From Octopus sinensis (lineage: Eukaryota), in the NCBI RefSeq assembly GCF_006345805.1, contig NC_043005.1:93248001-93312000 (forward strand): a stretch of DNA of 64,000 bases, read 5' to 3'. The position numbers were made by a program, and so were the translations under genes. Positions 56,601-64,000 of the stretch are shown piece by piece. The number at the start of each line of letters is the position of its first letter. Position 1 is the stretch's first letter. Below the pieces are notes generated by a model, which worked only from the letters and a program-made list of their open reading frames with translations, was not told where the DNA came from and made no database searches.

Positions 56601-59600
56601 AAGCAGAAGGGCTGAAACGTAAGCCAAGAATATACATGATGTTTCATGAAGAAGCAGGAGGGCTGAAACGTAAGCCAAGAATATACATGATGTTTCATAA
56701 ATAAGCAGAAGGGCTGAAACGTAAGCCAAGAATATACATGATGTTTCATGAATAAGCAGAAGGGCTGAAACGTAAGCCAAGAATATCCATGATGTTTCAT
56801 GAAGAAGCAGAAGGGCTGAAACGTAAGCCAAGAATATCCATGATGTTTCATGAATAAGCAGAAGGGATGAAACGTAGCCAAGAAATACATGATGTTTCAT
56901 GAAGAAGCAGAAGGGCTGAAACGTAAGCCAAGAATATCCATGATGTTTCATGAAGAAGCAGAAGGGCTGAACGTAAGCCAAGAATATACATGATGTTTCA
57001 TGAAGAAGCAGAAGGGCTGAAACGTAAGCCAAGAATATACATGATGTTTCATGAAGAAGCAGAAGGGCTGAAACGTAAGCCAAGAATATACATGATGTTT
57101 CATGAATAAGCAGAAGGGCTGAAACGTAAGCCAAGAATACATGATGTTTCATGAAGAAGCAGAAGGGCTGAAACGTAAGCCAAGAATATACATGATGTTT
57201 CATGAGAAGCAGAAGGGCTAAACGTAAGCCAAGAATATACATGATGTTTCATGAAGAAGCAGAAGGGCTGAAACGTAAGCCAAGAATATACATGATGTTT
57301 CATGAATAAGCAGAAGGGCTGAAACGTAAGCCAAGAATATACATGATGTTTCATGAATAAGCAGAAGGGCTGAAACGTAAGCCAAGAATATCCATGATGT
57401 TTCATAAATAAGCAGAAGGGATGAAACGTTAGCCAATTAAATACATGATGTGTCATGAAGAAGCAGAAGGGCTGAAACGTAAGCCAAGAATATACATGAT
57501 GTTTCATGAAGAAGCAGAAGGGCTGAAACGTAAGCCAAGAATATACATGATGTTTCATGAAGAAGCAGAAGGGCTGAAACGTAAGCCAAGAATATACATG
57601 ATGTTTCATGAATAAGCAGAAGGGCTGAAACGTAAGCCAAGAATATACATGATGTTTCATGAATAAGCAGAAGGGCTGAAACGTAAGCCAAGAATATCCA
57701 TGATGTTTCATGAAGAAGCAGAAGGGCTGAAACGTAAGCCAAGAATATACATGATGTTTCATGAAGAAGCAGAGGGCTGAAACGTAAGCCAAGAATATAC
57801 ATGATGTTTCATGAATAAGATGAAGGCTGAAACGTAAGCCAAGAATATACATGATGTTTCAGGAAGAAGCAGAAGGGCTGAAACGTAAGCCAAGATATAC
57901 ATGACGTTTCATGAAGAAGCAGAAGGGCTGAAACGTAAGCCAAGAATATCCATGATGTTTCAGGAAGAAGCAGAGGGGCTGAAGCGTAAGCCAAGATTTT
58001 ATATGATGTTTCATGAATAAGCAGAAGGGCTGAATGTAAGCCAAGAATATCCATGCTGTTTCATGAATAAGCAGAAGGGCTTGAACGTAAGCCAAGAAAC
58101 ATGATGTTTCATGAATAAGCAAAGGGCTGAAACGTAAGCCAAGATATATATGATGTTTCATGAATAAGCAGAAGAGCTGAAACGTAAGCCAAGAATATAC
58201 ATGATGTGTCATGAAGATGCAGAAGGGCTGAAACGTAAGCCAAGAACATACATGATGTTTCATGAATAACCAGAAGGGCTGAAGCGTAAGCCAAGAATAT
58301 ATGTGATGTTTCATGAAGAAGCAGAAGGGCTGAAACGTAAGCCAAGAATATACATGATGAGTCATGAATAAGCAGAAGGGCTGAAACGTAAGCCAAGAAT
58401 ATACATGATGTTTCATGAATAAGCAGAAGGGCTGAAGCGTAAGCCAAAAATATACGTGATGTTTCATGAAGAAGCAGAAGGGATGAAACGTATGCCAAGA
58501 ATATCCATGATGTTTCATGAAGAAGCAGAAGGGATGAAACGTAAGCCAGAATATACATGATGTTTCATGAAGAAGCAGGAGGGATGAAACGTAAGCCAAG
58601 AATATACATGATGTTTCATGAAGAAGCAGAAGGGCTGAAACGTAAGCCAAGAATATACATGATGTTTCATGAATGAAACAGAAGGGCTGAAACGTAAGCC
58701 AGAAATATACATGATGTTTCATGAAAAGCAGGAGGGCTGAAACGTAAGCCAAGAATATACATGATGTTTCATGAATAAGCAGAAGGGCTGAACGTAAGCC
58801 AAGAATATACATGATGTTTCATGAATAAGCAGAAGGGCTGAAACGTAAGCCAGAATATCCATGATGTTTCATGAAGAAGCAGAAGGGCTGAAACGTAAGC
58901 CAAGAATATCCATGATGTTTCATGAATAAGCAGAGGGCTGAAACGTTAGCCAAGAAATACATGATGTGTCATGAAGAAGCAGAAGGGCTAAACGTCACCC
59001 GAGAATATCCATGATGTTTCATGAAGAAGCAGAAGGGATGAAACGTAAGCCAAGAATATACATGATGTTTCATGAAGAAGCAGAGGGGCTGAAACGTAAG
59101 CCAAGAATATACATGATGTTCCAGAATAAGCAGAAGGGCTGAAACGTAAGCCAAGAATATACATGATGTTTCATAAGAAGCAGAAGGGCTGAAACGTAAG
59201 CCAAGAATATACATGATGTTTCATGAATAGAGAAGGGCTGAAACGTAAGCCAAGAATATACATGATGTTCATGAAGAAGCAGAAGGGCTGAAACGTAAGC
59301 CAAGAATATACATGACGTTTCATGGAGAAGCAGAAGGGCTTAAACGTAAGCAAAGAATATACATGAAGTTTCATGTAGAAGCAGAAGGGCTGAAACTTAA
59401 GTCATGAATATACATGATGTTTCATGAATAAGCAGAAGGGCTGAAACGTAAGCAAAGAATATACATGATTTTTCATGAATAAGCAGAAGGGATGAAACGT
59501 AAGCCAAGAATATCCATGATGATTCATGAAGAAGCGGAAGGGCTCAAACGTAAGCCAAGAATATACATGACGTTTCATGGAGAAGCAGAAGGGCTGAAAC

Positions 59601-60740
59601 GTGAGCCAAGAATATACATGATGTTTCATGAATAAGATGAAGGGCTGAAACGTAAGCCAAGGATATACATGATGTTTTCATGAATAAGCAGAAGGGCTGA
59701 ACGTAAGCCAAGAATATACATGATGTTTCATGGAGAAGCAGAAGGGCTGAAACGTAAGCCAAGAATATACATGATGTTTCATGAAGAAGCAGAAGGGCTG
59801 AAACGTAAGCCAAGAATATCCATGATGTTTCATGAAGAAACAGAAGGGCTGAAACGTTAGCCAAGAATATCCATGATGTTTCATGAATAAGCAGAAGGGC
59901 TGAAACGTAAGCCAAGAATATACATGATGTTTAGAAATCACCAGAAGCGCTCAAACGTAAGCCAAGAATATCCATGATGTTTATAAATAACCAGAAGGGG
60001 TGAAACGTAAGCCAAGAATATACATGATGTTTCATGAAGAAGCAGAAGGGCTGAAGCGTAAGCCAAGAATATACGTGATGTTTCATGAAGAAGCAGAAGG
60101 GATGAAACGTGAGCCAAGAATATCCATGATGTTTCATGAAGAAGCAGAAGGGCTGAAACGTAAGCCAAGAATATCCATGATGTTTCATGAAGAAGCAGAA
60201 GGGCTGAAACGTAAGCCAAGAATATCCATGATGTTTCATGAATAAGCAGAAGGGCTGAAAAGTAAGCCAAGAATATACATGATGTTTCATGAAGAAGCAG
60301 AAGGGCTGAAACGTAAGCCACGAATATACATGATGTTTCATGAATAAGCACAAGGGCTGAAACGTAAGCCAAGAATATCCATGATGTTTCATGAAGAAGC
60401 AGAAGGGCTGGAACGTAAGCCAAGAATATACATGACGTTTCATGAATAAGCAGAAGGGCTGAAACGTAAACCAAGAATATCCATGATGTTTCATGAAGAA
60501 GCAGAAGGGCTGAATCGTAAGCCAAGAATATCCATGATGTTTCATGAATAAGCAGAAGGGATAAAACGTTAGCCAATTAAATACATGATGTGTCATGAAG
60601 AAGCAGAAGGGCTAAAACGTCACCCGAGAATATCCATGATGTTTCATGAAGAAGCAGAAGGGCTCAAACGTAAGCCAGAGAATATAAAAGGATGGGGGGG
60701 AAGGGGGGCTGAAAATAGCCAAGAATATTACATGATGAAA
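44666..60740. repeat. 51-bp satellite array, ~16 kb, about 315 monomers; consensus GAATATACATGATGTTTCATGAAGAAGCAGAAGGGCTGAAACGTAAGCCAA
   Basis: Exact 51-nt period (e.g. 44701 to 44752); diagnostic variants recur as higher-order blocks; indel noise rises toward the right end. Confidence 0.99.
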
Positions 60741-61089
60741 CTGGGGGCAGAAGGGGTTGAACGCGTTTTGGCGCGCTTGCGCTCTCTTCTTTTATAAGGG
60801 GGATTTTCTTTTTTTATTTTTAAGCAGCTTATGAAGTAAGATAAGAATATCTTTTTCATTTAATACCTGGGGTCGCTGTTTTTGTATACGTCTTGACTGT
60901 TTACCCAATACAGAATTTTCCTAAGCATTTGATAAGAATGCCATGTTCCAACCTGCGTTACATTCTTGTATGCCATATTTTACATGATGTTTCATAAATT
61001 TAAAGAAGCTGGTATGTCCTTCTTCCTACATGGCATGTTTCAAAAAAAAAGCAAAAAAAAAGAAAAAAAAAAAAAAATCGTTTCTTGAT

Positions 61090-61420
61090 AGGAAGCAACG
61101 TATCAAAGACTGATTTTACTTTCATAAGAACATCAGCTCCGATGGTGAGCTAACCTGCTGTGTATTCAGATTTGGTGTCACCAGTACAAGCTTAAAGATT
61201 GTTGAAGATCTACTCATTCCGTGCATTCCTATTCGATTTTCAGAAGGGCTCTTTGAAGGTATCACCAAAGCTTCTTGCCAGTCCATTAGATCTGGGATGG
61301 TATGGCAACGAAGTTATAAGCTCTACTTCATGTAAGCTACAAGAAACGAAAAATTGACATGATAAAAAGTAAACAGTGTTCGAAAGTAGACATTTCCGTG
61401 TCGAGACTACACATCGCTGT
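61090..61420 (-). mobile_element. Degenerate Ty3/Gypsy integrase core fragment
   Basis: ITSLPYHPRSNGLA...DTFK at ~61250-61320 and TPN...SPSELMF, typical of the rve domain C-terminal half; many stops and frameshifts. Confidence 0.72.
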
Positions 61421-62011
61421 CCTTTTAAATGGTTCTTATTATTTAGTGGTGGTTGATAGTTTCTGAAATGGCCAGAAAATTGTAATGTAAAAAAACCAAC
61501 CTCCTAACTGTGATATCTTTACCGATTTGTTTGCAAGATTTGACATCCGACAAGATAGTGACTGACAACGGGAGCGCAATTGTTGTCTAGGCGATTCAAA
61601 CCTGAAATAGATTCGAGCGCAAAACAATATTAAACGTCCAAAAAAAAAAAAAAACTTCAGAAGAAAGGAGGGGCCGGGCGAAGAAAAATTATTACTAAAT
61701 AAATGACACTTCCTTAGAAAACTTCAAAGGGGAGATGTTGTAGGGAATTAGAATAATGTATTACCTTCCACTGGCTTCCACGGGGCGAATGGAATAATAT
61801 AGTTTACTATGAAGACGTGAAATATCGGAGTACATAGTAGGTGGTCAGAATATAGTTTTCATACAGGTTTCACTAAATAATACTGTATACCGAAAGTGGC
61901 GTTATAAAACATCCAACATTTTAAGGATTATATTTATATACCACACCACACACACCACACACACACACAACAACACACACACCACACACACACACACCAC
62001 ATATATATATT

Positions 62012-62320
62012 GTGGAGGCCAATGGCCCAGTTGTTAGGCAGCGGACTCGCGTCGTAGGATCGCGGTTTCGATTCCCAGACCGGGCGTTGTGAGTGTTTAT
62101 TGAGCAAAACACCTAAAGCTCCACGGGGCTCCGGCAGGGGTTGTGGTGAACCGTGCTGTACTCTTTCACTGCACAACTTCCTCACTCTTTCTTATGTTGG
62201 CCTGCTCGCTTAGCCAGCGGGTGGTCCGTCATTAGAAGGCCTAAACAATGCGAAACGCATTGTGACCAGCGATGTGTAGCAACATCTGATAAGCCTGGTC
62301 GGTCACGGTCGTCACGGTGA
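62012..62320 (+). mobile_element. tRNA-derived SINE (third family), CpG-rich and relatively young
   Basis: A-box-like TGGCCCAGTTG (62023-62033), B box GGTTTCGATTCC (62064-62075), tail tcacggtcgtcacggtga. Confidence 0.78.
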
Positions 62321-62899
62321 TATAAATAATATAATATAAACATATATATATACATACACATACCTATATACATCACATACATACATGCACACACACATAT
62401 ACATATCATAATATACATACATAATATATATATATGCACATACATTATATTCTGCATACATATAATTTATTCTGATATGTTCTACTTTGTTTCTTCTTCA
62501 AAATTTACGATTGTTTGATCAGACGCCTCGATGATCTATAGGAATACATTTCACAGGTTCAAGTGATATTCTCAATTGACATAAGATATATTCCTTAAGG
62601 GAAGACAGCTGTGCTTGAATTCGATTACAATATTCGTCGTTTGACTTAAGTGTTAGCTCGGTTTACTGTGTAGGTTTCTTGATAACCTCATGTCTGATAA
62701 TACACATAAGATCATGTCTTTGTTATAAGTGAATAACTGTCCTTCCCTTGTTTGTGGATGCCAATATTTTGCTTTCAATTTTAACTTGATTTTTCCTGTC
62801 TAAACATTTTCTTTCTCCCTTAGTTGACTGTAAGTTCAGATAGATGTAATTCGAAATCTATTAGCGCTGGGATATGTTCGAATGCTTGAAGCTTGTACT

Positions 62900-64000
62900 T
62901 GTTTATGTGATAGCATGAATATGTAGAATATATTTTATATATCTTCGCTTCTGTTTAAGCTGTGACCAGGTAGAGTAAAAAATTTTGAATTGACCATTGC
63001 TACAAAATCCGTTTTGTGTCTTTTCTTTTGTAAAAAAGATCCCATTTTTTTGAGGATGGTTGCTTTCCGTTTTGTTACTCATGGACCAAACAATATATTT
63101 GAAAAAGTGTGTGACATTTTACCTACTTCAAGATTTAAACGAATGGATATATATGTATCAAGCTTTAAACGTATTCTCGGTAAACCCGCTGTACGTTTCT
63201 ACTCTAGAGTCTGCCCATTTTCATCTTTCGCTAGATGCTATTTGTTGCCATTCAATGGATAACTAATCATGGCTCTGAAATGATAACTAGATTGCGTTAT
63301 TCTTCTCGAATTTATAAACTTTTTTTGTTGCAGTTAGAAATTTGAAATCCTGTTAGCCATACAATTATAGTTGGGTTTAACAGAACTTCGTGATATCTGT
63401 TTAAAGCAGAGAAACAAAGGAGTAACAATTTTCTAAACATTTAAACTATATAGAGGATTAACCCAGATGAATTTTCCATTTTCATGTTTGGTGTTATTTA
63501 TTCTGTGTTGTTCTATGTATTCCAATTAAATATTAAATCCTCTTCATGCTAGAATTCTATAGTAGTGTGGAACACATTTTCTGCTAAATATTTTTTGTTC
63601 TATGATAGGCTGGTTATGTAACTACTAATGTTATCTGTAATGTGCTGTATGATGTTAGGTGGGTAATTGCAAATCCTAATTTACATATTTCTTCATTAGG
63701 TTTGCAATCGGGTTGCTGATTAAGATTAATGCTGTATATAAGGACTTTTCTATTTTCAGGTTTGTAGTTTTCAAATTACATTCTCTAAAAATTCTAATTA
63801 GTGTTTTTCCGAGTTGTCTATGTTTATGCTACAGGATATTGCTCGTCTGTTTCTATAAAGTTTAATGCTGGCGGATCATATTCTGTTTTGCTGTGAAAGC
63901 AGTATAATTTGTCCAAATATGAAACCTCTTTTTCATTGTAGAGATAGATAAATGGAAAAGTTAATTGCTGTTTCTTAACTTAAGCGGATTAGTCATAATA
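62900..64000 (-). mobile_element. Degenerate Penelope-like element (RT C-terminus to GIY-YIG), continues beyond the window
   Basis: SNYPPNII..I...IS, WVNPLYSLNV, VKPNYNCMAN, a PLNG-like motif and YSGFTENTFK...FKYIVW, with many disruptions. Confidence 0.72.

Noticed and set aside
44666-60740. CRISPR-like regular repeat
   Set aside because: No unique spacers, and the context is eukaryotic.
44536-60797. Long ORFs of 17-aa repeats (LAYVSALLLLHETSCIF, WLTFQPFCFFMKHHVYS, KRKPRIYMMFHEEAEGL)
   Set aside because: A by-product of a 51-nt period divisible by 3. ORFs switch frame at indels, two frames on the same strand are open, and the common GAATAA variant stops the + frame.
61765-61835. Minus-strand ATG...GAAG|gtaata mini-exon (MYSDISRLHSKLYYSIRPVEASG)
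   Set aside because: No homology recognised and it lies among TE relics; such signals arise by chance.
62225-62305. GAAA and CTGATA words with hairpins in the 62012 SINE
   Set aside because: Helix III and the cleavage triplet cannot be formed in any HHR permutation.
62670-62705. HHR-like words (atgagg...gaaacct) downstream of the right-hand Penelope relic
   Set aside because: Too many core and helix mismatches to support a call.

Overview
Eukaryotic, AT- and microsatellite-rich animal DNA; the SINE, RTE and Penelope repeat landscape suggests a cephalopod, probably Octopus (inference). The left 18 kb holds the last seven coding exons of a + strand class IIa histone deacetylase (HDAC4/5/7/9 orthologue). 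These exons join in frame with GT-AG introns and keep the catalytic Tyr (LEGGYDL). The introns contain RTE-LINE fragments, tRNA-derived SINEs, two Penelope-like (GIY-YIG) relics and a 229-bp copy of the gene's own stop/3'UTR. Next come a ~6 kb GG(AT)n array with strand flips, a TE-poor stretch with orphan splice signals (including a candidate 16-nt microexon), a ~100-bp-arm fold-back, a decayed LINE ORF1, a ~16 kb array of ~315 copies of a 51-bp satellite with higher-order structure, and Gypsy and Penelope relics at the right end. The most notable unexplained signal is a set of hammerhead-ribozyme (HHR) motifs in different contexts: a near-intact stand-alone type I HHR (39034-39076), an HHR inside a tRNA-headed SINE, an HHR in a Penelope terminal region, a decayed palindromic HHR, and an HHR-like core in the satellite monomer. 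All calls were made by eye; no searches or folding programs were run.
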